A DNA stretch of 64,000 bases from Octopus vulgaris (Eukaryota), in the NCBI GenBank assembly GCA_951406725.2, contig OX597817.1:138322001-138386000 (forward strand), read 5' to 3'. Position 1 is the first letter of the stretch; each line of letters opens with the position of its first letter. The position numbers and the translations under genes were made by a program. Shown piece after piece: positions 1-12,353 of the stretch. Under the pieces are notes generated by a model that made no database searches, was not told the DNA's origin, and saw only the letters and a list, made by a program, of their open reading frames with translations.

Positions 1-401
1 GAGTGTCACTTCCGCTTTCGGATTTATTTATTTTCCATAAACAGGAAGTGACGAAACAGAACTCTTCGTGTTACACGGACAGCTATCACGTGACATTATG
101 TATGGAAACCAATTTGAGTAATAAATAGTATTTTCTTGAATGATTTTGCTAAATTATTCTGTTGTTGACAACGATCCGGAGATATTGTATTCACCTCAAT
201 AGACGTCATTGATTGGTTGAAATTGCCGAAATGCAAGAAATTAAACAACAAATAGTTTACAAACTATAGAATTTTCTCAAGAAAGTCAAGAGAAAAAGAT
301 GTTTTATAAACACATTCTACCAGTATACGAAGTTTAAAAGTGTTTAGTTACAAAGAAATTATTTTTAAAATCTGCCGGTCAAAGCGAAAAGATCCATTTT
401 C

Positions 402-818
402 GGCGATCTTTCGTTTCTAGTAGACCTTTCCGTCGATTTCCGTAAAAAAAATTATTTTTTTTTTACATATGGGCTTGCGGGAACTTTTGAAGTAATGAGA
501 GCAAAAGAGACTAAGAGAAAGCGATTGTATGACGAGGGAAGTTCTTTTGAAGTTACCGTGCATGGGAGCATTGATGTATATGTGTGTGTTTGATGGGGTG
601 TGGGAGACAGACAGTATGTTGTGTAAGTGAAGTGCTTCTGTAAGTGTGTGTGAAGAGACAGAGTAATGTGTGAAAGAAAGAGATAACTGAAATTTTTTAC
701 TCGGTGTATGTGTATATGTATGTATATTACTTCAAAAGTTTCCGCAAGCCCATATGTAAAAAAAGAAAAAATTTTTACGGAAATCGACGGAAAGGTCTAC
801 TAGAGACGAAAGATCGCC
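402..818. mobile_element. MITE with ~95-bp terminal inverted repeats and 8-bp target-site duplication (Merlin- or Mutator-like)
   Basis: GGCGATCTTTCGTTTCTAGTAGACCTTTCCGTCGATTTCCG... at 402 is inverted at ...CGGAAATCGACGGAAAGGTCTACTAGAGACGAAAGATCGCC ending at 818. CCATTTTC is duplicated at 394-401 and 819-826. Confidence 0.8.
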
Positions 819-823
819 CCATT

Positions 824-994
824 TTCTGTTTGTGCCTTATTATTTAACACACTCACCGGTAAAATTTCCACTTTTTTCTTATTTTTATTGTCCTAAAATT
901 TCGTTGCATCTTGCAACCTTTTCAATAGTTTTGACAAAATAAGAAAAAAGTGGAAATTTTACCGATGAGTGTGTTACATAAGGCACAAAAAGAA
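824..994. repeat. Fold-back inverted repeat (small MITE-like palindrome)
   Basis: TGTGCCTTAT...AACACACTCACCGGTAAAATTTCCACTTTTTTCTTATTTT is mirrored by AAAATAAGAAAAAAGTGGAAATTTTACCGATGAGTGTGTT...ATAAGGCACA. Confidence 0.75.
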
Positions 995-1959
995 GATGAC
1001 TCCCCCAGACAACAGAATATGCTTCAACACACGAACTCATATAAAGAATCTTGCAAACCAAATCCAAAAACGAAATTCGCGTTAAATTATAAAATTTATA
1101 ATTTTTTCTATTTTATGTTGAAGCAAAAGAAAAAAATGTCATTTTCTGAAGAAATTAAATGATGATAAGATACATTAATCATTTGCACACAAAAAAAAAT
1201 AATAATTTGGAACTAGTAACAATTCAAATGTGAACATGATCTTTTTGAGGTTTATCCTTTAAATACACTTTTTGTCATTATTATAGAATTTATTTGACCT
1301 GCGTCACAGCAGAGAAGTAATGGTATGCCTTCGCCTTCTATGGATGACCGTACTAGAAGTTATACTCTTGATGGCGTCATTCCCGAGATCTGGAATGAGG
1401 GACGATGACCATTTCGTGGAATCGACTGGACAAAGAATGAATAAATTTCTTATAAAGAAAATGTCGAGTGTGTTATCACAATTATGCAAGCTTCTTCTCG
1501 TTCACTATTTCACCGAGGAAACTTCGTGGAGGGCGCTTCATGCGCTAGAAATAACAGCACCATCTCCCTTTAAAAAAAGATGCATGGAATAATGTAGTGT
1601 TCGATGCTCTATGTCTGAAACAGGAGATGGTCGTAAACAATGTATCTAGATTGGTAGCTAATACATTTTTCATGGTTTTAAAAACAATAGGAAGAGATTT
1701 GAATGAGAACCTGTTGCCATCCTCTGCAGATCTATGTGGTTTCCTGTAGAAGTTCACTCTTTAAGCAGACAATGGCAGTGATTGGAAGAGAATAGAATCT
1801 GAATCAAGATAGGGGAAGGGGACATGTGTTTAAGACTCTCCAGAGGAGCAGAGAAAAGAGATCAGATGCAGTATTTGGATAAGAAATAATTAAATGAAAT
1901 ACAAATGTTTTAACTCTGAATAAGTTACTTGTCCTTCACTGAATGTTTTTCTTTTTATG

Positions 1960-2320
1960 TCTATATATATAAACGGCAAAATGTCTGTCTGTGTGTATCC
2001 TTTATACAAATCCACAATTTTTTCAGTTAGAGGGCTCGCATTTTCTATGGTCATTGAAAACTGTCCAAGGGTGGTCGTGCACATCTTTACATTTCCCCAG
2101 TTACCCCGCAAAGCCATCAAAAAATCAATAGAAGTGACTTTTTTGTGAATTTTCTACCCAAAACCTAATCAAAATGCCCGAAACTTGATATGCCAATTGA
2201 ATGCCAGCTAGCTGTATGTGATTGGTCAGTGATTTGGACAGTACTCGCGTGTATGTGCGCATGCAGCTGTAAATGCATGCACTAGCACTATGACCTGGCA
2301 TTGCCGGGTCATAGTGCTAG
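1960..2320 (+). mobile_element. Non-autonomous Helitron-like element
   Basis: Starts with TCTATATATATAAACGGC and ends with a GC-rich hairpin then CTAG|T. It shares its 5' end with the copy at 17403. Confidence 0.65.
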
Positions 2321-5300
2321 TTTTGAATAATATGACCAAGTCTTAAATGCATCTTTCCAAACTATTGACTGAAATTGGAAATATCAACCAATGAAATCCA
2401 ATATCCAAAAAGGGTTATAATGGATTTAAAGGTTTATGATACTTGTGGATTATCTCCTTCTCCCATTGTAATTATTTCTATAGTCTTAAGAAGTTTACAA
2501 GCAGAGTACAATTCAATAGTCATTTATTATTAGTTCTCATTCATGTTGTTTGCTCTCAGTGACCATGTTTATGGCAGCGCATGGTTCGTTATAGCTCTGC
2601 ATACATGAGGTTCATTACCTCTGGAGATATTCAGTGAAGTTAGAGTGGGATAAGAGTCTGCTGTGAGCTGCCAATTTTGCAGTGTATCTCAGCGTAAGTG
2701 AGAAGGAAAAAAGAGAAAAAATGTCTTAATTCTCCTGCTTAAATAGTCGTTGTCGACATGAGTCTCACTGTCGTCTTGTGCATGGCAAATGGTTGCAGGA
2801 GAGATCTCATTCCAGTCTCGGACATGGTAATGGCTACAGGCAAGTTCCCATACAAAATGGCGCTGGCTTCTTGTGCCTCGCTACAGGGTCATATGTCCAC
2901 AGTATGACACAACTTTCTCTTCATATTTTATGGTCATTTACCTACCTCATCTTTTAGATTTCACTAGTCTTTGATGTTCACAAACACCATCCTTTATTGA
3001 CTTCACATTCCTCCTTTTGTTGAGAGTTCCTTCATACGCTACCAAATTCAGAAGTAGAGAGTCACAGCATCGCATTGTGATCAAACTACTTCATTGTCTG
3101 ATGTTTTAACCATTATAACCATTGCATAAATTAAGTTCATAGCAGTTATCTGCTAACTTATCCCAGAAATTTTTGTCTCAGGTTTGATAAAATATTTACA
3201 TAAAAGAGGTTGAGACAGGATTTGAACTCCTAACTCATAAAAGCTTCACCAGAAATGACTACTCAAAGAGACCCATGGGTTGGAGGGTTGTCACCTGAGT
3301 GGGGCAAAGGTGCCATCTGCCAAATATAAAAGGGATTCACCAACAAACAGTGGATGTAGTGATGTGCTGTTGCTGTGTCTTCCTCACTTTTAGTACCAGA
3401 GTTCAAAAGTGAGTGACCTTTGAAATTGAAACAATCAAAATGGCTGTGTGAACAATTAATAATGCAGAGAAGTTTATTATTGTTTCATCCCTCCACCTAC
3501 CATGCTTGCATGGTTGGTGGTGGTGGGAGTAAGAAGTTTGCTTCATGGCTACTTGGTTTCGGGTTCAATTCTTCTGTGTGGAACTTTGGGCAGGTGTCTT
3601 CTACCATAGTTGCTGATGGATCAAAATCTTGTGAGTGGTTTAGTAACCACCAAGAACCACACCTGTTCTTAGGTTTCTTAATCTGTTGCTTAATACAGCA
3701 TTACAATTTAGTTACTGAGTGACTTTAGCAGGATCCACCCTGTTGTACCCATTTGTGCCAAGTCAACAGGGTGCTGCTTCTGGCCCAATTCCTGGAAAAG
3801 GGTCAGAGGCACTACCCTTCCATAAAAAAGCAAAATGAATAAAGTACCTATGTAAGTTCTCTTGGCATAGATGTGATACAAACAAGATGAGGACAAATAT
3901 CCATCAAATGTAAATAATGTGCATAATTCCTCATCTCTTGAATATAGAATTGTATTATACATGATGATATCTGTCCACTTGTGGCCAAAGAAGACCATCA
4001 CTGACCATTGCCTGTGCAAAATACCAGCAATGCTTGTGCACCAGCATTTGGCTTCATCTGGGTTAGCGTCCGCAGTCTCCCTGCTTCCTGTGGAAGCCTC
4101 CTACTTCTTGACCAGGCATTGGATGGGTGCGTCACTGGTAATTGCACAACCAAAAATTTTAGATCCATTACAGCTGGCACAGCACCCCACAGACTCTCTC
4201 CACTCTGCTCACATGATCCACACATTCATAATACATACATACATTACTTACATCGCCAGACCTCAGTTAAATCGTCCAACCCATGCTAGCATGGAAAGCA
4301 GACGTTAAATGATGATGATGATGATGATGATGATATACATACATACATACATCTATACATACATGTATCCTTTAAACTGCATCCAGTTGTGGGGCCCTGT
4401 TTTGGAGTTCCAGGGTTTTGGGGAGTGAGGAACCACCCCTTAGCACCCTATTGCTCCCAGGTCTACTTTCACCTGGAGCAGTAGCACCTGTCAGAATCTC
4501 AGCTATGGGTTATTTAGCATCTCATAGAATTAGCTCTGGAAGAAGGTCACTCAGGGACCCCCCTCCCTCAACAAGCCCCAATACAGATGTGACCCTTCAG
4601 CTCTCTAGTTGCTTATCATAGAGAAGGTCACTCCATAGAAATCCTGCATGTTGATATCTACTGGGCTTGTGGCCCCTGATACTCTACCAGACCACTGCAA
4701 GTTTGAAGAACAAGACTAGATCTACCCAAACCATGTCCACCATAATAATAAAACTCTGCCATCTTGTGAGTTATTTTTTTGAGTAAACTCATACAGAATA
4801 TTCAAAGGGCTGGACCCTAAGGCAGATCATCATCATCATCACTTAATGTCCATGTTTTATGCTAGCATAGGCCAACAGTTTGATGGGACGTGATGGCCTC
4901 ATGGGACTGTTTGGCTTGGTTTCTATGGTTGGGTGCCCTTCCTAACGCCAACCATTTTAGAGTGTGAATTGGGTGCACTTTTCTTATGCCACCAGCATTA
5001 GTGAGGTCAGCATACAGCTTGCATGACTAAGAAACTAGAGAGGGGTGGGGAACTTTATGCTAGGAAAATAAGGAATAGAGAGGGGTCAAGTATGAGGAAA
5101 AAGGGGCTGAAACAAAGTGGGTTTCTTGCTGAAGAGAAGCTACAAAAACTCACACATTTTAGAGGAGAGGGGCAAGCTGTAAATTGGGGATGTGGTGTCA
5201 AAGTGGACTGTCAAGGTACAGGGAGGGTAGGAATGAGTGGTGGGGGTCTAGGGATGAGTGGGAGGGGGTGTAAGGGATGTCTGGTGCAAACAGTAAAATA

Positions 5301-6258
5301 AAGATGATGACAGTGTAAATAGGGGGATGAAAGAAAGAGAGAGAGCTGACATGCAGTTGGGTAGGTTAAGAGAGAGAGATGGGCAGGCAGAGATATGAAG
5401 AGGGATGTTGTATGGAAGTGAGGGTACATAATTTGGTGCACAGTGGGTGGGGGAGAGGATGATTGAAGAAAGTATCGGTGGAGATCAGAAGTAAAAGATG
5501 AATGATGGATGAAAGTGGACGAAAGTGGTTCTGGGGAGTAAGAAAAGGGGTCTCAAGAAGGAAGTACAGTTAGGAAGGTGATGGGTAATGTGTGTCTTAA
5601 GGAGATAGGGAACTGGATAGAGGACCCAAATGTGCAAACACACACACACACACACAACTCTGTTTGAGCTCAGTAATGCTAATGTTGGCAGGTCTTTTCA
5701 AGAACAGCATATTGTTAGCCATTTCAGCCCTTTGTCATCTCCTCTGTGAGATTCAAGGACTTGCGACCAGTCTTCACTGCCACATCCCATGGCCCATGTC
5801 CACCTGAGCCTTCCTCTTCGTTAAGTCTCATCCACTTTTAATGATTGCCCCTTCTTTAGACAGTCGTACTCATCCACAGCCTTCACGTATACCCACCAGT
5901 GCAATCTTCATTTTTGCACATTACATCTGATTCCACTTTTGTCCAATTTTCTCACACCACATTTATGCTGCCTCTTTCATGTGCATTTACATTGCACATC
6001 CAACAGAGCATGCTTGCTTCATCTTCTCAAAGCCTCTGCATCCACCACTGTACAGCACTGCAGTTCTAACACATGCATCAAGCAATCTGCCCTTACTCTA
6101 AGGTATAGGTTCTCAAAGTGGGCACTACCACCCCTTGGTGGGCGCTGGTGCCTAAGGGGGCGGTGGGGGTATACAGTAGAGAAAAAGGAGGCGTTGGGAG
6201 GAAGACAGTGAATTAGGGGAGCTATAAATTTATAATAATATTATTATAGTATTGTATA

Positions 6259-9200
6259 CATCATCATCATCATCATCATCATTTAACGTCCGCTTTCCAT
6301 GCTAGCATGGGTTGGACGGTTCAACTGGGGTCTGGGGAGCCCGAAGGCTGCACCAGGCCAGTCAGATCTGGCAGTGTTTCTACAGCTGGATGCCCTTCCT
6401 AACGCCAACCACTCCGAGAGTGTAGACGAGGCTGGCGAACGGCCACGCTCGGATGGTGTTTTTATGTGCCACCGACACAGGTGCCAGACGAGGCTGGCGA
6501 ACGGCCACGTTCGGATGGTTTTCTTGTGTGCCACCGGCACTGGTACCACAAAGATACAAATTCCATTGATGTTCATCTATTTTGATTTGATTTGATTTGA
6601 TTCTTGCCGGGTCTTCGGATGGTGCTTTTATGTGCCACCGACACAGGTGCCAGATGAGGCTGGCGAACGACCACGATCGGATGGTGTTTGTTATGAGCCC
6701 ACAGCATAGAGGCCAGTCGATGCGGTACTGGCTACGGCTATGTTCGGATGGTTATCTTGTGTGCCACCGGCACTGGTACCACAAAGATACAAATTCCATT
6801 GATGTTCATCTATTTTGATTTGTTTTGATTTGATCACTTGCCTCAACAGGTCTTCACAAGTGTCACAAGAAGGAAGGTATGCACAGGCGGACTGACTACG
6901 TCCCAGGTAGGGGCCACGGGTTATGGCCTGACTAGTCTTGCCGGGTCTTCAGATGGTGTTTTTATGTGCCACCGACACAGGTGCCTGATGAGGCTGGCGA
7001 ACGGACATGATCGGATGGTGTTTGTTACGTGCCCACAGCACGGAGGCCAGTCGATGCGGTACTGGCTACGGCCACGTTCGGATTGTTTTCTTGTGTGCCA
7101 CTGGCACTGGTACCATAAAGACACAAATTCCATTGATGTTCATCTATTTTATTTTGATTTTCACTTTCACTTGCCTCAAAAGGTCTTCACAAGTGTCACA
7201 AGAAGGAAGGTATGCACAGGTGGACTGACTACGTCCCAGGTTGGGGCCACGGATTATGGCCTGACTAGTCTTGCCGGGTCTTCGGATGGTGTTTTTATGT
7301 GCCACCGACACAGGTGCCGGATGAGGCTGGCGAACGGCCACGATCGGATGGTGTTTGTTACGTGCCCACAGCACAGAGGCCAGTCGATGCGGTACTGGCT
7401 ACGGCCACGTTCGGATGGTTTTCTTGTGTGCCACCGGCACTGGTACCACAAAGATACAAATTCCATTGATATTCATCTATTTCGATTTGTTTTGATTTTT
7501 TTGATTTTTTTTTTTTTTTTTTTTTTTTGATTTTCACTTGCCTCAACAGGTCTTCACAAGTGTCACAAGAAGGGAGGTATGCACAGGTGAACTGACTACG
7601 TCCCAGGTAGGGGCCACGGGTTATGGCCTGACTAGTCTTGCCGGGTCTTCGGATGGTGTCTTTATGTGCCACCGACACAGGTGCCAGATGAGGCTGGCGA
7701 ACGGCCACGATCGGATGGTGTTTGCTATGTGCCCACAGCACGGAGGCCAGTCGATGCGGTACTGGCTACGGCCACGTTCGGATGGTTTTCTTGTGTGCCA
7801 CCGGCACTGGTAACAAAGATACAAATTCCATTGATGATCATCTATTTTATTTTGATTTTCACTTTCACTTGCCTCAACAGGTCTTCACAAGTGTCACAAG
7901 AAGGAAGGTATGCACAGGTGGACTGACTACGTCCCAGGTAGGGGCCACGGGTTATGGCCTGACTACTCTTGCCGGGTCTTCTCACGCACAGCATACTTCC
8001 ATAGGTCTCGGTCTCTAGTCATTTCCTTGGTGAGACCTAAAGTTCGAAGGTCGTGCTTCACCACCTCGTCCCAGGTTTTCCTGGGTCTACCTCTTCCACA
8101 GGTTCCCTCAACTGCTAGGGTGTAGCACTTTTGCACACAACTATCTACAGCCATTCTCGTCACATGACCATACCAGCGCAGCCGTCTCTCTTGCACACCA
8201 CAATTGACGCTTCTTAGGTTCAACTTTTCTCTCAAGGTACTTACACTCTGACGATTATGAACACTGACATTACACATCCATCGGAGCATACTGGCTTCAT
8301 TTCTTGCAAGCTTACGCATATCCTCAGCAGTCACGGCCCATGTTTCACTACCATGTAGCATGGCTGTACGTACACATGCATCATACAGTCTGCCTTTTAC
8401 TCTGAGCGAGAGGCCTTTTGTCACCAGCAGGGGTAAGAGCTCTCTAAACTTTGCCCAAGCTATTCTTACTCTAGCAGTTACACTTTCAGCACACCCACCC
8501 CCGCTACTGACTTGGTCTCCTAGGTAGCGGAAGCTATCAACTACTTCTAGTTTGTCTCCCTGGAACGTGGTAGAAGTTGGTCTCTGCACATTTCCAGTGT
8601 TTATTGCTCCTGAGCATCTGCCACAGACAAAAACTATTTTCCTAGTTAGCCTTCCTTTGACATTGCTGCACCTCTTATGTGTCCATAGCTTACACTTGGT
8701 GCACCTTATAGAGTTTCTACCTACACCTTTTTTACAGATCGAGCAGGGCCATCTACCTGAAGTCGTTTGTGATTGGTCCACCTTCCTACTTATTAGGACT
8801 TTGGTTTTGGCTAGGTTGATTCTAAGGCCCTTCGATTCTAATCCTTGTTTCCACACCTGAAACTTCTCCTCCAGTTCTGATAGTGACTCAGCAATTAGAG
8901 CAAGGTCGTCAGCATAGAGGAGCTCCCAGGGGCATCCTGTCTTGAATTCCTCCGTTATTGCCTGGAGGACTATGATAAATAGGAGGGGACTGAGGACTGA
9001 ACCTTGGTGGACCCCAACCTCTACCCGGAATTCTTCACTGTACTCGTTGCCAACCCTCACCTTACTAGCAGCGTCTCTGTACATGGCTTGCACAGCTCTC
9101 ACTAACCATTCATCTATCCCTAGTTTCCTCATTTACCACCAGATAAGGGATCGGGGGACCCTGTCAAAGGCTTTCTCCAAGTCAACAAAAGCCAGGTACA

Positions 9201-9482
9201 AGGGCTTGTCTTTGGCTAGGTATTTCTCCTGCAGCTGTCTTACCAGGAATATAGCATCAGTAGTACTTTTCCCTGGCACGAACCCAAACTGCAAATCATC
9301 TAAGCTAACACTCTCTCTAATTAGTTGGGCTATAACCCTCTCCGTAACCTTCATTACCTGATCCAGCAGCTTGATGCCTCTGTAGTTATTTGTATCTAGG
9401 GCGTCGCCTTTACCTTTGTAGCAGTTGACTATTATGCTGCTACACCAGTCATTGGGTATGACTCCCTCGTGTATCACCTGTA
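6259..9482 (-). mobile_element. 5'-truncated RTE-clade LINE with tandemly expanded 3' UTR and (GAT)n tail
   Basis: RT motifs KGKGD, QFGF, FVDLEKAFD, QGSVLSP, YADD and YLG, and C-terminal RGRPRKTW. The 3' region ends in AAAGCGGACGTTAAATGATGATGAT on the minus strand. Confidence 0.92.
6430..7980 (-). repeat. Tandem repeat of ~330-370-bp units in the RTE 3' UTR (about 4.5 copies)
   Basis: CACTTGCCTCAA(C/A)AGGTCTTCACAAGTGTCACAAGAAGG recurs near 6835, 7168, 7535 and 7866. Confidence 0.9.
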
Positions 9483-9486
9483 TCAA
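7963..9486 (-). pseudogene. RTE reverse-transcriptase ORF broken by a single in-frame stop at 9133-9135
   Basis: ORFs 9133..9486 and 7963..9132 are in the same frame (LIWW*MRKL). The endonuclease and N-terminus are absent. Confidence 0.88.
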
Positions 9487-9776
9487 AATGATTCACAGTA
9501 AATATAAATTAGTAAAATATAAAATATATATACATAAAAATAGGGGTGGGGGTGCTGAGGGTATTATGTGGCCATGAGTGGGGAGAGTGGCCCAAAAAGT
9601 TTGAGAACCTCTGCTCTAAGGGAAAAGATCTTGATTGTCAGTAGTGGTAGCAGCTCCCTGAACTTCCTCCAGCCTTTTCTCACTCCAGGCTTTCAGAATA
9701 ACCACTTACTTTGCTGATTACATCTCCTAAAGTAATCAATTACTTCTACTAAGCCATCAGTGCATTTAAAAGAAAC

Positions 9777-10286
9777 TATTGGGCTGTCCAGAAAGTTCTT
9801 GCCGATTTTTAAAGGAAAGAAAAAGGTCAATAAATACTTGCCATTATATTTGAAAATACCCACTTCCCAGAATTGAAGTGGTTTCATGGCAAATAATTCA
9901 TCAAGGTATCTTTTTACATCATCCAAGGAATTGAAATTTTTACCATTAAGACTATTCTGCAGAGACCTGAATAAGCAGAAATCCGAAGGAGCAATATCTG
10001 GGGAATATGGAGGGTTGGGTAACACATCCCAGCCGAGCTGCAGCAATTTTTGTCTGGTTCCCAAAGCATCAAGTGCCGAAAATGAACTTTCTTATCTTCC
10101 ATTTTAAAGGGTTACAGAATTAACACAGGTTATAGGAACATAAACCTTCTTCCATGAAAAGATAGCTTAAACTGTGCTCTAAATGGAGGTGTAGTCAAAT
10201 CTTATTTTATGGACTCAACCATGTTCTAAAATAAGTCGAAAGGTAAGCCACTATAAATCGGCACAAACTTTCTGGACAACCCAATA
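9777..10286 (-). mobile_element. Internally deleted mariner element
   Basis: TIRs TATTGGGCTGTCCAGAAAGTT and AACTTTCTGGACAACCCAATA with TA ends. The transposase N-terminus MEDKKVHFRHLML abuts the C-terminal PPYSPDIAPSDF motif. Confidence 0.88.
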
Positions 10287-10913
10287 TTTCAGTGCGCTCT
10301 GATATACTTTTGCTGTACATATGGAGATTATATTTTTGGATACCCTGCCTGTGATTCCACAACATCTCTTGTGTGTCAATAACTTACAGTGAGTTATTAT
10401 GTATAGAGTTTATACCCACCTCTTTTCTGTATATTGAGCAAGGCCATTTCCCTGAAGATACCTCAATTACTAAAAACCTTTGTCTTTGCTAAGTTTAATT
10501 TAAGACCTCTCTGTTCTAGGTTAAGTTTCCATATTTGGAATTTCCTTTCTAATTCAAAAATAAAAAATGGAAATCGTAGTTGTGTCCATTGCCAGTGCTG
10601 CCTGACTGGCTGTCATGCAATAAGCACCATTCATACGTGGATCTTTGCCAGTGCCACTTGACTGGCTCCCTATGCTGGTGGCACATAAAAAACACCATCT
10701 GAACGTGGTCGATACCACCCCTAACCCCATCCCTGCCCTGACTGGCTCCTGTGCTGATAGCACGTTAAAAGCACCATCCGAACATGACCGATGCCAGTGC
10801 CACCTGACTGGTTCCCGCACCAGTGGCACATAAAAAGCTGCATAAAGAAGTGCCAGTGACTTAAAGTGGACTGAACTAGTGGTAGTGGGAGACCCAAGAC
10901 ATAGGACAAAGCA

Positions 10914-11144
10914 TTAACCCCTTTTGATGCCAACCCGACTGAAACCGCCTCTGGCTCTGCAGTACAAATGTCTTGTTTTCATAAGTTTTGAATTAAAATC
11001 TTCCACCAAACTTTAGTACAATTTATGTTCCTAACACTACCTTAAAGATAACTAAGTTTCTTTTAACTAAATTCTTTGTTACATTTAAAGTAATTGAAAG
11101 AAACACAAAGCATCTCAAAATAAATACAGTAACAAAAGGGTTAA
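10914..11144. mobile_element. piggyBac-like MITE with TTAA ends (family also at 15857-16077 and 32209-32436)
   Basis: TTAA|CCC...GGG|TTAA. The internal sequence is the reverse complement of the copy at 32213-32432. Confidence 0.7.
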
Positions 11145-11574
11145 AGGCTGATCTCAGGACACTGGGCTTTATAAAGGTTATCTGGTGCTTTGCTGTATAC
11201 AAGAAGACCTGTCCACCACAGCAAAAGTGCTAATGCCTAGATGAAAGGGTTTTGCCTGTAAGAGTCCTATGCCGGTTCCACATAAAAAACACCCATCACA
11301 TTCTGTAAGGTGGTTGGCATTTGGAAGGGCATCCAGCCACAGAGGTCAAGCCAAATCAGACTGGAACCTGGGGCAGCTCTCCTGCTTGTCAGCTCTGGTC
11401 AAACTGACCAACCCATACCAGCATGGAAAATGGATGTTGATTTATATAAGTGAAGTTAACAGTCTTTGTGTGATTTTGAATGGCTAACGGATGTATTCCA
11501 TGCTGCAAACGTTTTTGTTTCATAATTCGTTCTCAGATCAAAACAGCTGCAATGAAAGCCCATCTTTATAATAT

Positions 11575-11976
11575 GGCTGTATGATAAGGAACTTGCTTCC
11601 GACCCACAAGGTTCCGGATTCTGTCCCACATTGGGCAAGTGTCTTCTACTATAGCCCCGGGCCGACAAATTAGTAGATTTAGCAGGCGGAAACTGAAAGA
11701 AGCCCGCCGTACTTATATATAATAGTAGGAATTTGTCGGTCTCGGGAGGCCCTGGATCTGCGCCCAAAGATTTGTGTGTGTGTTCCCATCACTTGACAAC
11801 CAATATTTATGTGTTTATGTCCCCGTAATCTAACAGTTCAGCAAAAGCAACCGATAGAATAACTACTGGGCTTAAAAAATAAGTCCTAGGATTGATTTGA
11901 TTGATTAAAAACCCTTCTTGGCGGTGCTCCAGCATGGCTGCAGTCAGATGATTGAAAGAAGTAAAAGATTAAAAGA

Positions 11977-11977
<1 letters not shown>
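11575..11977 (+). mobile_element. tRNA-headed SINE (family also at ~20908-21252 and as many fragments)
   Basis: Degenerate A/B-box-like head, body shared with other copies (GGCAAGTGTCTTCTACTATAGCC; GCTCCAGCATGGC) and an A-rich tail. Confidence 0.6.
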
Positions 11978-12020
<43 letters not shown>

Positions 12021-12316
12021 TATTTGAGGAAATAAAATCCAGACTTACAAGGAAAAAGAATTCAATTTAGAAATACTAAATCAAATTCCACACATTATAA
12101 TATATATTTTCTAGATGTTGTAATTTAATTATTCATTTTGAATTGATAAAAGATTTTTTTTTTCTAATATTTTATATATTTATATATATAGATAGATAGA
12201 TAGAGAGAGAGTGTGTGTATGTGTGTGCGTGCGCGTGCACGTGTGTAGACGCCTAGAATTATCTATTACCTCCCTTGAGGTAACTCTTTCTCTTCTTCCT
12301 GTCACTCTGTTTATTT

Positions 12317-12353
12317 CCCCCTTTTCCGCCATCGCTGTAGAATTGTGAGGAAG
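12317..12353 (+). promoter_or_regulatory. Probable TCT/5'-TOP start site and non-coding first exon of RPL29
   Basis: TTCCCCCTTTTCC oligopyrimidine, then CGCCAT (YY1-like core) and the donor AAG|GTAAGC at 12354. It begins a locally CpG-richer stretch. Linkage to the acceptor at 32912 is inferred. Confidence 0.6.

Larger units (their letters stand above)
6104..9613. mobile_element. hAT (Charlie-like) MITE interrupted by an RTE insertion
   Basis: TIRs TATAGGTTCTCAAA (6104) and TTTGAGAACCTCTG (ends 9613). 8-bp TSD CTCTAAGG at 6096-6103 and 9614-9621. Confidence 0.75.

Noticed and set aside
3735-4140. Two strong hairpins (3736-3811) and a minus-strand CTAACCC suggesting a telomerase RNA or snoRNA
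   Set aside because: The template-like match is only 7 nt, there is no clear pseudoknot or H/ACA domain, and the C and D-like boxes at 3961-4004 are too close. An old retroelement UTR is more likely.
9710-12270. Possible divergent minus-strand gene: donor at ~12269, exon 10420-10451 (MALLNIQKR) and a phase-compatible 17-nt exon 9710-9726 (GDVISK)
   Set aside because: The splice signals are plausible, but the peptide is unrecognisable and I found no convincing downstream exon. RNA-seq is needed.
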